NCBI RefSeq assembly: GCF_009914755.1
Contig: NC_060934.1
Length of the DNA: 64,000 nt
From: the human T2T-CHM13v2.0 reference genome, Homo sapiens
Direction: 5' to 3' (one strand)
Shown: positions 1 to 13,495 of the stretch, one piece after another
How positions within the stretch are numbered: position 1 is the stretch's first letter
Layout of the letters: each line of letters begins with the position of its first letter
Notes under the pieces: model-generated
What the model was told of the DNA's origin: nothing
The model's database searches: none
Seen by the model: the letters and a program-made list of their open reading frames with translations, nothing else
Made by a program: the position numbers and the translations under genes

Positions 1-88
1 ATTCCAGGCAAACTAAGATGCATGACCACCCCAGATACAGGGCATCTTTAATATTAAAAAAAGATTCATTTCAGAATTTGTGGAAGGA

Positions 89-2854
89 AAAGTCCAGGAC
101 CTGATAGCTTCACTGCTGAATTCTACCAAACACTTAAAGAACTAATACCAATTCCACTTAATCTATTCTGAAAAATAGAAAAGGAGGAAATACTTCCAAA
201 CTCATTGTATGAGGCCGGTATTACCCTGATGCCATGAAAGACACATCAAAAAGGAAAACGACAGGCCAATATCTCTGATAAATATTGACGCAAAAATCTT
301 CAACAAAATACTAGCAAACCAAATTCAACAATACTTTAGAAAGATCATTCATCATGATCAAGTAGCATTTATCCCTGCCATGCCAGGATGGCTCAACGTA
401 TGCAAATCAATCAATATGGTACATCATATCAACAGAATGAAGGACAAAACCATATGATTATTTCAATTGATGCTGAAAAAGCATTTGATAAAATTCAACA
501 TCACTTCATGATAAAACTCTTAAAAATCTGGGTATATAAGGGCCACACCTAAACATAAAAAAACATATATTACAGACCCACAGCTAGTATCATACTGAAT
601 GGGGAAAATCTAAAGCTTTTCCTCTAAGATCTGGAACATGGCAAGGAGGCCCACTTTCACCACTGTTATTCAACATAGTACTGAAAGTTCTAGCTAGAGA
701 AATCAGACAGGAGAAATAAAGGGCATGCAATTTGGAATGGAAGTAGTCAAATTATCCTTGTTTGCAGATGATATGATCTTGTATTTGGAAAAACCTAAAG
801 ACTCCACAAAAAACCTATTAGAACTGATAAACAAATTCAGTAAAGTTGTAGGATACAAAACCAATATGCAAAAATCATATGCCAATAGTGAACAATCTAA
901 AAAATAAATTTAAAAAGTAACCTCACTTACAAGAACCATGAATAAAATTAAATACCTAGAAATCAACTTAGCCAAAGAAATGAAAGATCTCTGTGATAAA
1001 ATTCTAAAACACTAATGAAAAAAGTGGAAGAGGACACCAGAAAATGGAAAAATATTCCACGTTCACAGATTGGAAGAATCAATATTGTTAAAATGTCCAC
1101 ACTACCCAAAGCAATCTACAGTTTCAATGCAATCTCTATTAAAATACCAATGACATTCTTCACAGAAATAGAAAAAACAATCCTACAATTTATATGGAAC
1201 CACAAAAGACCCAGAATAGCCAAAGCTATCCTAAGCAAAAAGAACAAAACTGGAGGAATCACATTACCTAACTTCAAATCATACTATAGAGCTATAGTAA
1301 CCAAAATGGCATGGTACTGGCATAAACACGGACACATAGAGCAATGGGACAGAATAGAGAACTCAGAAACAAATGCATACATCTACAGTGAGCTCATTTT
1401 TGACAAAGGCATCAAGAAACTACATTGTGGAAAGGACAGTCTTTTCAATAAATGGTGCTGGGAAAATGGGATATCCATATGCAGAAGAATGAAGCTAGAT
1501 CCCTATCTCTTGCCATATATAAAATTAAATCAAAACAGATTAAAGACATAAATCTAAAACCTCAAACTATAAAACTACTAGAAGAAAACTTTGAGAGAAT
1601 TCTCCATGACATTGGTCTGGGCAAAAATTTATTGAGCAATACCTTACAAACACAGGCAACCAAAGCAAAAATGAATGAATGGGATCACACAAAGTTAAAA
1701 ATCTTCTGCGCAGCAAAGGAAGCAATCAATAAAGTGAAGAAACAACCCACAGAATGGGAGAAAATACTTGCAACTACCTAGCTGACAAGGGTTTAGTAAC
1801 CAGAATATATAAGCATCTCAAACAACTCAATAAGAAAACATCTAACAATCTGATCAAAAATGAGCAAAAGATTTGAATAGACATTTCCCAAAAGAAGACA
1901 TACAAGTGACAAATAGGTATATGAAAAGTTGCTCATATCATTGATCACTGGAGAAATGTCAATTAAAATTACAATGAGATATCTTCTCACTACAGTTAAA
2001 ATGGCTTATATTCAAAAGTCAGGCAATAACAAATACTGGTGAGGATGTGGAGAAAAGGGGAACCTTACACATTGTTGACAGGAGTATAAATTAGTACAAT
2101 CACTAAGGAGAACAGTTCGGAGGTTCCTCAAAAAACTAAACATTGAGCTGCCTTACTATCCAGCAATCTCCCTGCTGGGTATATACTCAAAAGAAAGGAA
2201 ATCAATACACCAAAGAGATATCTTCACTCCCGTGTTTGTTGTAGCACTGTTCACAATAGCTAAGATTTGGAAGCAACCTAAGTGTTCATCAACAGATGAA
2301 TGGATAAAGAAAATGTGGTACATATATTCAATGAGTACTATTCAGCCATTAAAAAGAATGAGATCCTGTCATTTGCAATAACATGAACGGAACTGGAGAT
2401 TGTTATATTAAGTGAAATAAGCCAGGCACAGCAAGACAAGCACCTCATGTTCTCGTTTATGCATGGAGTCCAAAAATCAAAACAATTCAACTTCTAGACA
2501 TTTAGAGTAGAAGGATGGTTACAAGAGGCTAGGAAAGGTAGTAGGGGCCTGGGTGGGAGGTGGGGATGGTTAATGAGTACAAAAAATAGAAAGAATGAAT
2601 AAGACCTACTATTTGATAGCACAACAGGGTGACTATAGTCAATAATAATTTAATTGCACATTTAAAAATACCTAAAAGAGTGTAATTGAATTGTTCGTAA
2701 TGCAAGGGATAAATGCTTGAGGGGATGGATACCCCATTCTCCATAATGGGCTTATTTCACATTGCATGTCTGTATCAAAACATCTCATGTACCCTATAAA
2801 TATATACACCTACTATGTACCCAGAAAAATTAAAAATAAAGAAAAACATAAAAA
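89..2854 (+). mobile_element. 5'-truncated LINE-1 (L1MA1-3-like): degenerate ORF2 RT/C-terminal region, 3'UTR and A-rich tail
   Basis: ORF fragments with [11 protein letters not shown] (RT motif), [14 protein letters not shown] and LFNKWCWEN are broken by stops and frameshifts. The 3'UTR is L1MA-type. A 16-bp TSD AGA(A/G)TTTGTGGAAGGA lies at 73-88 and 2855-2870. Confidence 0.95.
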
Positions 2855-3509
2855 AGAGTTTGTGGAAGGAGGTTGTATTCTAAAGTATGAATTTGATATT
2901 GCGTTAAATTGCTTTGGCCTGGACATTCTGATAAAGCACAAAACAAGAATTTGTAAGGGAAGAGGAGAGTCTCTTCGTTAGCAGAGGAGAGAATGCAGAC
3001 AGTAATATAGATTGAGTTTGCCTAAAAGTAATATGTCATGAATTCATCTTTTTTAATGACTTGAATATAATCCAATCATAATTTTGGGATTACATACCCC
3101 TTTGGTGTTACAAACAGATGTCCCAGTTGGATGAAGTCTCAGAAAACAGCAGATTTAATGAAATTTCAACTTTCAAATGCCATTTTTAGTTTGCATGGAG
3201 TCAAAGTTGCTTGTTAAGTTGGCAACTTCCAAAATAATACTTGATTTGAAGAGTTAGAAATGTTGTGAACCTTATGCTAGGCCCACTGGGCTCTCTGACA
3301 TTGACACACAGTGCTTTTCTGAGACAGCCAAGACTGACTTTGTGTTTGTCAAGGACAGCTGTCTATCTGAGGTAAAGGGAAAGCTTAACAAAAAGGTTCC
3401 ATTCTGGTGACTTCTGTTAAAAAAAAAAAAGAAAGAAAATATGTTCAGTTGAACTGAGCTCAGAAATGGGCATTTGTAAAATTGGGGAATTGTTTTAAGA
3501 CTATTTATC

Positions 3510-3615
3510 TACCCACTTAAATACATACTACGTATGTGCCCATTGTGTGCCAGACACCATGCTTGCAGCTGGTCAACAAAGCAGACATGGTTCCTTTCTC
3601 CATAGAGCTTTTCAA
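3510..3615 (-). mobile_element. L2 3'-end fragment
   Basis: 'tgtgtgccagacaccatgct...aacaaagcagacatggttcct...catagagctt' resembles the reverse complement of the L2 3' end. Confidence 0.5.
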
Positions 3616-3859
3616 TGAAGGAAAGGAAATATTTATTTAAGTCAAAGTAATTCTAAGGTATTCATTACCTGTCCTTCTGCCCTTCCAACAAGTTGTGCAT
3701 TTCAAATTATAGATTGTTACCAAGGAGAACAGATTTTTGACAGTGCATTATATTAGAATAAGAAATAAAGGATGTTTGAAGAGTACATTACACATCAGAT
3801 AGATCTAATGGAAGTAAAAATTTAACTCACTGATGCAAAAGACTAATAGTTATAGTAAC

Positions 3860-4100
3860 AATAATAATAAACGGGTGTTTTCCATGTGCCAGACACTGTG
3901 CTAGGAGCTCTCCATAAATTATTTCATTTACTCTTCCCAACAATCCTATATAGTAGGCATCATTTTTATCTCCATTTTTTAAAAAAGGAAAGTGACTTAT
4001 TAAAAGGTTAGGTGACATACTTGCCCAAGGTTGTTTATAATGTATAGATGAGCCAAGGGTCAAACTTAGTGAGTTTGACTCTGAAATGTCAGACTTAACC
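3860..4100 (-). mobile_element. MIR SINE
   Basis: Reverse-complement MIR core: 'ctccattttt...ggaaagtga...ggttaggtgacatacttgcccaagg...tgactctgaaa'. Confidence 0.75.
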
Positions 4101-4273
4101 CTGAAGATCTCCTGCTTTCACCAGATTCCGTATAAGTGGCACGTATTTATGTGGTCACTATGGACCAGTCTACATAGTCACCCTTTTCATCTGTAGGCTG
4201 TGGGGTGAAAGGATTGTTAAAAGCTCTGAGAAGTCCAGTACTGCCATTCAAAACATCACCTTTCATCTCCCAC

Positions 4274-6082
4274 TGTTATCTGATCTTTGGGGTGTTGCTT
4301 TTCTGGCTGGAAACTTCTGTGGCTGGTGACATCTTTGCCCAAGTTTTGCCTGAGCCCACTGGTCTCATTCTGCCCACTTGGCCTGGGAGGCTGCACTTGG
4401 CTTATGCTACTGGCGTGGTTCCCATGCCTGCCAAATAAGGCTGCATGGAGTGGCGACGGGTGTGTGAGTGAGTGTGGGGTCTGGCCACTGTGCAATCAGG
4501 CATGTCAGCTGATGTAGTAGGGTGGGCAGCTCCAGGTGCCAGCATGGGCACCAGCTCTCTGCGAGCCTGCAGCTGGACCAGGTGCCCTGCAAACAGCTTC
4601 CACAGCTGGCACTGAGGAATATAATGCTTCCCAGAAGCTTGGAGATGCCAGGAACCACAGGGCCTCAAAGAGGGAGTCACGGGCTTAACTCAAGGAGCTC
4701 CCATGTCTGGGGTCCCTGAAGGGCTGCAGCATTTCTTTCCTTCTCTTCACCTGCGACATGGTGAACAATGGGGCATATCTCATCTCTGTTTGTGTTACAG
4801 CTCTTTTAGCCTTATTCAGCAGATCCTGAGTTCTTGTCCTGTGCCCAGGAAGAATGAGGTAGGCAGATAAGTGGAGAGTGAGCATGATGAGGAGGAGCTC
4901 TACTGAGTGATAGAACAACTGAGGGGAAACCCACAGGGGGATGCTCCTTGCTGCAGCCAGGGTGTCCTGATGAGTGTTCAGCTCCTAGCAGAGAGGGTAG
5001 CTCCTCTCTGCTAGGCAAGTCATCTCAACAAGTGTCCAGCTATCAGCAGAGAGGGTAGCTCCTCTCTGCAGCTGGTTGTCCCATCATCTGAGCAGCTGCC
5101 AGCAGAGAGGAGGCCCTAGAGTGGGTGGCTCGTCTCTGCTGGCAGGTCATCCTGTTATCTCTCCATTCTCTCTCTGTTGTCTCTGCAGTTCTCAGCAGAA
5201 AGGAGGCCCTAGAGTGAGTTGCTCCTCTCTGCAGCTGATTGTCCCAATGTCTGCTCAGCTCTGGCTGAGTCCAGGGCTTTTATGGACCTCAAAGGGGAGG
5301 AAGTATGTGTTTATTGGTCCATGGGCACCCATGGAAGGCCTGGAAAAGGCGTCACAAGATTCTACTCTGGTCTGTGGGACTGGCAGCCCAGCACCCAGCC
5401 TTCAGGCCCTCCCTTGCTTGAAAGCAGCACCTTACTGGGGACCCATTCCCTCCTTTCCAGGAACCTCGCTGCTTCCTACTGTCATTCATGGCACCCAGGC
5501 TGTAGGTGCCAAGAGCTGCCCTCAGCCACCCCTGCTCAGCTTCCCTACTATGCTCATTAGCCCCTAAAGTCCAGAGGGGGCCAAGGTGGCAGGGGGCTAA
5601 CATGTCAGCACTGCCCCAAGCATGTGCACACCTCACTGGGCCATGTCAGTGCCTGGGTTCAGCCCTGACTTTGCTCTGAGATCGGAATGGGCACCAAGAG
5701 CAGGCAGAAGCCAGCAAGAGCAGCGGGAGCAAGCACTTCCCACTTCTGAGCTTGTGAGGGCAAGGAGGGCCTTCCTTGGTCCCCAAAAGTACAGGGATAC
5801 CTGAGTCCACAGCTGTGGTTTGGGCAGTTGCAGCTGCACCCAGAAGAGTGGGGTTCCCACCTGCTTCTGGGTCCTGAGAGCACAGGGATGCCCAGGTTTG
5901 CAGCCATAGCTTGGTTGGCTGCAGTGGTACCCAGGGAGCCTCTGCCTCAATTTGGAAGGGGCAGGGCTCTCACTTGTCCCTGGCTCCTGCTGGCTCCCTG
6001 GAGTGTGCAGCCCCAGCGCTGTCTCCCTGCAGCAGCCAGTGTGATGACAGCAGCTGCTTTAGATGGCCTGCCACTGTCATTA
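4274..6082 (-). mobile_element. MER52-family (ERV1) solo LTR
   Basis: GC-rich 1.8-kb block whose two ends match the recalled MER52 termini. A 4-bp TSD CCAC lies at 4270-4273 and 6083-6086. Internal repeats 'cagagagggtagctcctctctgc' are present. Confidence 0.88.
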
Positions 6083-6859
6083 CCACTGTCCTTACTCATG
6101 GCACAAGGATGTAATTTCTATATCTTGTCAATGCCTCTCAGTGAAAACTCTGTTTAAGAGTCCTGGCATCTGGACTGGGCATATACCTACTAAAGAGTAC
6201 CTAGTTAGAAGAAGAAAACTTGCAACTCCAATTTGCATTCACATCAAGCAAATATCCAAAGAGATAGAAGTTGTCTTGTAAATGGCAAAACACTAAATAT
6301 AGCTTAAAAAACACCAGGGCATGCTCAAAGTAAAGAACAGCTGAGATGTAACAGCTTACAACTCCTTTTTTTTGTGTGTGTGTGTAATTGTGTGAGTCAA
6401 GCTAGTGTCACAAATATTAAATTATTCAATTAGCAGCACAAGATTAAGCCCATAAAATGTGTTAATGTGACACATCATTTCACAAATGGGATTTTAGAAT
6501 GGCTTCCTGGGATTCTCCAACATGACAAAAATACCCATTAACTTTTACTGCAGCCTGTCTTAAGATCAAGGCAGAAATCAACTCACAGTACAAGGAAGAA
6601 TGGGAAGAGGTGGTTGATAGTCAATGTTCTTGAGCAGTGGTTTTGCTTTTGTAAATTGCTTTGTTACTTTCTAAATTCTTTTCAGATATACAAATAAGCT
6701 GTGTCAGTTACTTAACCACTTGACAATAATGTCTACTATTTACTGAGTTCTATTCTGGTGGACAAACCGTTATAAAAAAGTTAGTTTTATGCAATGTGTT
6801 ATTTATTATATATTATTTGTCATATGCCATTCATTATTCATATGTCATTCATTGTTTAG

Positions 6860-7200
6860 TAAACATTGGAAACAATCCACCTACTGAACAGCTTGGAAAT
6901 GGGTTAAGTAAACTAGGATGTGTCCACCTAATAAAATAGCATCTGGCTATTACAGTGATATTAACAAAGAGTTTGTAAAAACAAATGAAATAATTATTAC
7001 ACTGAATGAATAAATTAAATTATAAAATCTTATTTTTATAAAATATTAATAGAGAAAAAGACTGGAAGGAAGCATTCCAAAAGGTTTACATTATTTGCCT
7101 CTGGGTTGTGAGATATGAGGATTAGTTGTTTTTCTTCTTTTTTCCTTGGTTCCTTCTGTGTTATTCACATTATCTGCCATGAGTGTTATTTTCATAATCT
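6860..7200 (+). mobile_element. Old L1ME/L1MC 3' fragment
   Basis: 'ttggaaacaatcc...ggaaatgggttaagtaaact' and 'gaaaaagactggaaggaa...tgcctctgggttgtgagatatg' are typical of the L1ME 3'UTR. Confidence 0.55.
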
Positions 7201-7499
7201 CCAACCAAACTAAAAATCTTATTTAGGAGGCATTTGAATTATTCATAAGTACCAATGGAAACTTCAGTTAGCATAGATAGGTACCATTATGTTTGGGTAT
7301 TCAAATAAAGTGCAACATCATGCAATTTTAGTATTTTCAGTAAAAGTGATTTGTTCAAAGTATAAAAAAGTATGACTTAATTATGGTCTTTATCCAAGTT
7401 CCATTTACAGCACAAGAATTAAGAGTGCCTGAATTGCATATTGACTTACTGTCGTGCTTCCACTGTGTGAGTGTAATGTCTGGGAGCAGAGCCTTAGGA

Positions 7500-7906
7500 G
7501 ACAGTCTTCTGCTTGCTGCTCAGGTGCTTTTCCTGGAATCCCTATGCTGCCCTCCTGCACCCAGCTCAGTCCCACTCCCACTCCCACTCCCACTCTTTCA
7601 TGACTCCTCTTAAAGGTCCTTCCTTTAGAGATGTCTTCCCTCACTCCCCTTCTCACTCAACGCTTAGGTGCCAAAGGAAGGTCATCCAACTAAACACCCT
7701 GCCAGCACTCTGCATTTTTCCCAGCTGCTCTTTCCACAATGAGTTTGTATCATGATCCATGTAATTTATGTGTCTGTCCTCCTGCTGTACTTTAAGCTCC
7801 ATGAAAGGAAGGACTGTGTCTGTTTGGTTCCCTGCTGCATTCCCATTACCTAGCACAGAGTCTAACGCATGAGTTCAGTAACTATTTGTTGCATGAATGA
7901 GTGAAT
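7500..7906 (+). mobile_element. L2 3' end
   Basis: 'taagctccatgaaaggaaggactgtgtctgtttgg...cctagcacagagtct...tatttgttgcatgaatgagtgaat'. Confidence 0.75.
7571..7594. repeat. (CCCACT)4 hexamer repeat
   Basis: Four exact units read directly. Confidence 0.9.
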
Positions 7907-8067
7907 CCATCACATTTTAGAGATACCATATGTGAATTTCGAATATGTAAACATCCCCATGCAATTAAAATCTTGCTTGAAGGAGAAGCCTGGGAATTGG
8001 AACATGATAAGAGTTGGTTGTAGAGTGGAAATGTGAGGTTGCACCTCCCTTCAAACACATTAGCATT

Positions 8068-8100
8068 TGTGTGTGAGTGTGTGTGTGTGTGCATGTGTGT
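8068..8100. repeat. Interrupted (TG)n microsatellite
   Basis: Read directly. Confidence 0.85.
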
Positions 8101-8159
8101 TAGTCTGTTAACCATATTCTATAGTCACAACCGAGGTTTAGTAGAGGCATAGAATTCTG

Positions 8160-8410
8160 GATGAGTGTGAAGGCAATGGACTAGACTAATTGGGTTTGAA
8201 AACCAGTCAGATATTTACTAGATCTCTGAATATGGCATGTCATTTAATACCACTAAGTTTTGGTTTCTTCATTTGCATAACTGCGCTGCGGTACCTATTT
8301 AGGTTGTTGTATAGATAAAACAAGATAATGAACATAAAATGCTGAACATAGAGCTCTGAAGAATTGTAGGTGTTCAATAAGTCTCTTCAGCAACAGCAGT
8401 TATTGTTATT
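8160..8410 (+). mobile_element. MIR SINE
   Basis: Degenerate MIR head, core ('tttcttcatttgcataa') and tail ('gtaggtgttcaataag'). Confidence 0.6.
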
Positions 8411-10683
8411 CCTACTACTTTGTTATTAACAATTTCTAAAGTTAACAATTTTCTGAAACAAAAATTTCTCAGTGACCACTAGATGGCATTAAGGTTAATT
8501 TAAAATATAGACAGTATAGCCATTATTCATATCAGTAAAAACTTGTGGTGAAAAGTAATTTCATACATTTTGCTTTAAGTTGTGGACTTAATAAGTTGTG
8601 ATTTTGCATTATTTTATGTAGAAAAATCCTATAAGAGATTATATTTGTTTCAGCTTTGTTTCCATCAAGGATTCCTCATGCTGCTTCTCTTTATCTTTTT
8701 TGAAGTAGGAAAGTTATTGCTGAAAGTTCTGAATGATGCTGCAAAGTAAATGGCCCTGTGGGTGCACTGAGAACAAAATTACTGTTTTGTAGTTGCTGTA
8801 TGATGTACTGAGGGTCAACAGCATGCCAAACTCAATGGTGACCTGGAGGGAAAGACTCTGTGGGTTTCCCAAGCTGGGAGCTGAAGACAACAGGATAGTG
8901 ACTATTTCTGAAACAGATGAGTGAATAATAAAGTGCCTGGGTAAACCCAGGAGAAAACCCAGTCACTCTGCACCCTTCTCAAGAATGCTGCACTGTGAGG
9001 AAGGTATCTGTTGTTTCTTAAACTTTGCAGAATGAAATAAATGAGCAACAAAATGCTAATACAAATATTCTCTTCAAAGACACTGGTGGACTGAAAAATT
9101 TAGTATTGCTGAGTTTCTTGTTGTGTTGTATCCATTAATTGTGGATATATCATCAAAGTTGTAGAAGAACTATATATTTAGGGTATTGTTAGAAAAAAAC
9201 TAACTTAGATAACAAGTAGATTTTGATGAGTTGCATGGCTTCCTATAGGCAAAGAGGTACCATGAAACTTTACTGAAATGGAAAGATTAGTTTGTCATGA
9301 TGGAAATGAACCTGAGTTGGGGAACGGTCAATTTGGCAATTTTGTTCAATCTGTGAGGTAGATTGCCAAATGGTTCAGCTTACCTCCAACTGTGAACTCC
9401 ATGAGAGTGTCAGAGGCATGTGCATGTCACTTCTGAATCTCCAAAGCTGAACCTGCAGATAGCATATCTCCAAAGATGCCTACACCATCATATTGTGCTC
9501 AATAAACCTTGACTGAAAAATAAATGATAAAATATCTAGTCAGTTAGACCAGATAAAGGAATCCCACTGGGTATCAGCAAAGGGGTTCTTAGTCAAGATG
9601 GTATAGCATGTTCATAACAGGACACTCCCCTTCTCTTTCAAATACATAAAAGAATATACAACATAAATAAAAACATAAAGAGGGATAAAAAGGCAATGTC
9701 AAGTTAAAAAATAAGGTAAATACCTATATGAACCAGAAATGGAACCCAAGCACAAAGTAGAGAGTGAAGCTGAAGACATTGAATGCTTGGCTGTCCGTTT
9801 GAAAACAAAGCAGTAGAGTTGGGAGTTTTGCTCTTCTGGATACACAAAGTAAATGCACTCTTTGTGGGATGTGGAAATGGGCCCAGGCCCACCGCTTGCA
9901 TGTAACTCCCAGAGATCTTCACCAGAAGAGTGATTCAGAGTGCCCTCTAACAAGAAGAAAAGTGAACCCACCACAATCTAAATGTCTAGCTATTAGTCTT
10001 ATAGGCTTAGAAAAGTGATTTCTTTTCTAATATAGAAGCAAGTTTTTCTATTTCTAAGAAGTAAGAGCTATAAAATATATGAGTCAGATTTATATACAGC
10101 ACAGTAGTGTTGTTTAGTATATGCTCATTTATGAACCAGTTAAAATTATTATTCCCAGAATAGTTAATTACTATTTTTGGGAGAAACTGAGAGTAAACCT
10201 GAATTTCATAATGAAAACAAACTGAACAATAGATGACAGAAGTGTTCAAAACAAACTGTAAAAATTCTATTGGATTCTAATAATAAGCAGAAATTATAAC
10301 AATAGCTTGTTATAACTGTGGCAAACAATACCAGCTTCCTAAAGATAAATGGCATCAGCATTTAAATGGTCTTTAGAAAATCCAACATTTTGAAACAGTT
10401 AATACTTTGTCTACAACTTCATTTTTAAGTATGCTGTTCCTTTTGTCTTGAATGTCTGACACTGCTATTCATACTTCATGACCTAGTTCATTAGTTTCTT
10501 TTATATGTATCACTAGAAAAGTGATTTTTTTTTTAAAAAAAGCAAATTTAGAAAGAAATCATCATTCGGATGATTCAGATAAGGCAAGCTCCCAGACATT
10601 ACGTTAAAAACCTCCAAAACCCTAGAATGCAAATACAGCTAGAAATAACCAACACACTTTCAAGGGGCTCTCTCCTTTGTTGG

Positions 10684-10911
10684 TAGATCGAGTGTCCCTT
10701 ATCTGAAATGCTTGAGACCAGAGATGTTTCAGACTTTTTCAGATTTTGGAATATTTACAGTAATATTACTAGCTGAGCATCACTAATCTGAAAATTTGAA
10801 ATTCAAAATGCTCCAATGAGCATTTCTTTTAAAAGTCATGTTGATGCCCAAAAAGTTTTGCACTTTAGAGCATTTTGGATTTCAGAATTTGGAGTTTGGA
10901 ATGTTCAGCTG
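10684..10911. mobile_element. Tigger4a/MER46A-like TcMar-Tigger MITE
   Basis: 'gagtgtcccttatctgaaatgcttgagaccaga...aaaatgctccaatgagcatttc...gagcattttggatttcaga'. Confidence 0.8.
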
Positions 10912-11005
10912 TACTACCCAGGAAACCAATTATAATCAGAAGTTTGCTTGGCTAGTGTGGAATCAGAGCAAGGGGAATTAGTTATATAATTGAAAAGCTT
11001 TATGG

Positions 11006-11229
11006 CAAGCGTTGGCAAACTTCTTCTGTAAAGGGCTGGGCAGTAAATATTTCAGGCTTTGTGGGCCATATAACCTTTGTCAAGACTACTCAACTCTGAT
11101 AGTGTAGTGCAAAAGCAGCCATAGATGATGTGTAAACAAATGGATGCACCTGTGGTACCAATAAAACTTTATTTAAAAGAATGGGATTCAGCCAGATTTG
11201 GCCCATGGACAGTAGTTTGCCAGCCCCTG
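11006..11229. mobile_element. MER58A hAT-Charlie MITE
   Basis: TIRs 'caagcgttggcaaact' / 'agtttgccagcccctg'. Internal 'ctgtaaaggg...gtaaatatttcaggctttgtgggcc'. Degenerate 8-bp TSD ctttatgg/ttttgtgg. Confidence 0.88.
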
Positions 11230-11949
11230 TTTTGTGGCATTAGGTACTAAATGTCTGACATTTCCACTATGGTGAAATCAGATGTTGTCTATGTAGGTGA
11301 ATCTCCTCACGTTCTTGAATCAGGACTCTCTCTCTCTTAGTTGTACAGTGTCAAAATTAGTCTCTGCGATTAGTCTTTTTGAGGTCTCTGTTTTCTTTAG
11401 GTGGGATAATTTTCCCATTTAGATTAGAGTCAAATGTTATTGGTTTAGGAGGCTTTCTGTCTTAAGGTAACTTTGCACATCTGTGTTTCAGTTCCCTTAG
11501 AGCTTAACTCTCAGAGGAAATCTTATGTCCCAATTCCATACTGGTCCTTGGTTCCCCTTATTTCACCGTTCTCCAGAGGTTTCTTATTATTGCCCAACAT
11601 TAATCCTGCTGTAATAACTTACGGTATGGATCTAGCGAAAAGAGAATGCTGAGGCATGGGTGTCAGTTGGTGTTCAATCTGATTATTTCTCCCAGGTGTG
11701 TAGTTCCAGGAAAACTGCCTCAAACTTTTTAGCCCCTAGAGCCCTCTCAGTCAGTCTGGAACACAGAAATACCTTCAGCTGACCACACATTTTAAATAAA
11801 TCACATGTAAAGATTTTTTTTTCACAATAACTGCTTAAATGTTTGTTCTGATTGGTAGCCTCTGGTTGCTGTCAATGTGTTACCTTAGTTAATTATGTAA
11901 GAGGGGCCATTTCTCATCTCAGATGGTACCATGGTTTATTTTAGCAACT

Positions 11950-12110
11950 TGCAGTCGAAGTCTGGCTGGGTCTACAGCAGCCTCAGCCTCACCTAGGAGC
12001 AGGTCAGAAATGCAGACTCTCAGGGCCCCAGACCTACTGAATCAGATCTGGATCTATCTTAACAAGATTTCCAGATGATTCACAATTATTAACGTTTGGA
12101 GGTCCTGCTC
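11950..12110. mobile_element. MER5A-like hAT-Charlie MITE
   Basis: 'agaaatgcagactctcagggccccagacctactgaatcaga...ttaacaagatttccagatgattc'. Confidence 0.75.
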
Positions 12111-13484
12111 TGACTTATAGTGCATCTTAATGTTAATTCTTAATGTTAGTTAAAAAAAAAAAAAGACATCTCTGAGTGGCAGAATCAGGAAATGGCTATA
12201 AGGTTTAAGGATAATAGGTTTAATTTCTCCCATATTCTTGTGCTCTTGCATAGGGCATGAGAATATATAATGCCCCTGATTGGCATCGTCATCCCCATGC
12301 CAATTTGGACCCCAAATTGATGAGATAGGGGTTTGAGAGAACTAAAAGTGAAATTCCAGTTCATCAACAACCTTGTTTTTCAAAGATTTCTTAAAAAACT
12401 TTTTTCATTGGTAGCTTGTGAAATTCTTTCTCCATCATCTCTTTTACATAAAATATTGACAAACTGATAATAAGTCTTATTCCTTTCAGTTCCTTGAAAA
12501 TCTGGGCTTTTACCTTCTAATTCTGAGTGTGGTAAAACTCACATGCACAGACTTTTAAATACTCACACAGCAATCCCACCAGAGTGTACCTTGACTAGCC
12601 TTCACATGTGACACAACATGGATCACATAAGATATAGATGAATGTCCTTTGTGAAGCAATGTCTGACTGTAGGATGTAGAATGGTTTGGCTGAGTTTGGA
12701 GACAGGAACTAGAGATCTGATTCTTGGTTTTGCCATATTAAGGCTGTGTGTCTTATGACAAACCAGTTTTCCCCTCAAATTAGTAATTTATAACAAATTA
12801 ATCTACTGTGCTTTTGAGGTGGGCAAGAATTTTTTAATTTAATTAAATTATTTTTTTTAAAAAAAGCTTCCTAAGTGACTGTACTGCTCAGCCAGTCTTG
12901 AAAACAATAAACAAAGTCTTTGAGCTTCAATTTCTTCATTTATGCATTAGGAACATTAATGATTTCTTCAGCACATGAAATTATACGTGAAATTCTCAAG
13001 TGCAGAGCAGTCTGGAGATGTAGTATAGTGGCAGTTTTAATTGTGTGACCCATGTGTCACACAGATAAGATTTCGGTAGTGGGCATAGAAATAAAGGAAG
13101 TGTAAATGAGAGTAGAGACCTAGGTAACAGAACTGAAAACAAATGGAAGCCACCTCTGTTTTCCACAGCTGAGAATTCTTATAACGTGCCATCTGTGAGA
13201 GGTTAGTCCTGTGAATAGCCCTACACATAAAGCCAGATTTCTACTGAAGAATGGAGCTTACATCCTATGAGGTCTATATAATCCTGTATTCCTCCCTTAT
13301 ATTTTATGTTGCCTGTCTTGGCTCAAGTAATTGCAGGCCATTTGAGGTCAGGGTTTGAGTCTTTCCTTTCTCATAGGCACTCCTATTATTGTTCTGATTA
13401 CAGAGAAAATTCTCAGCAAATGTTGATTGATGATTGGTTACGATTCTTGGACTTCTTCCTATTATGAGTAATTGATGCCCTCGA

Positions 13485-13495
13485 ATGACTCAGCA
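13485..13495 (+). promoter_or_regulatory. Perfect NF-E2/NRF2-sMAF (ARE) motif ATGACTCAGCA
   Basis: Exact match to RTGACTCAGCA in non-repeat sequence. Function is untested. Confidence 0.35.

Noticed and set aside
725-1781. ORFs resembling reverse transcriptase
   Set aside because: They are frameshifted pieces of a 5'-truncated, dead L1 ORF2.
4205-6281. Dense cluster of overlapping ORFs up to 163 aa
   Set aside because: These are chance ORFs in a GC-rich MER52 LTR, with no recognisable domain.
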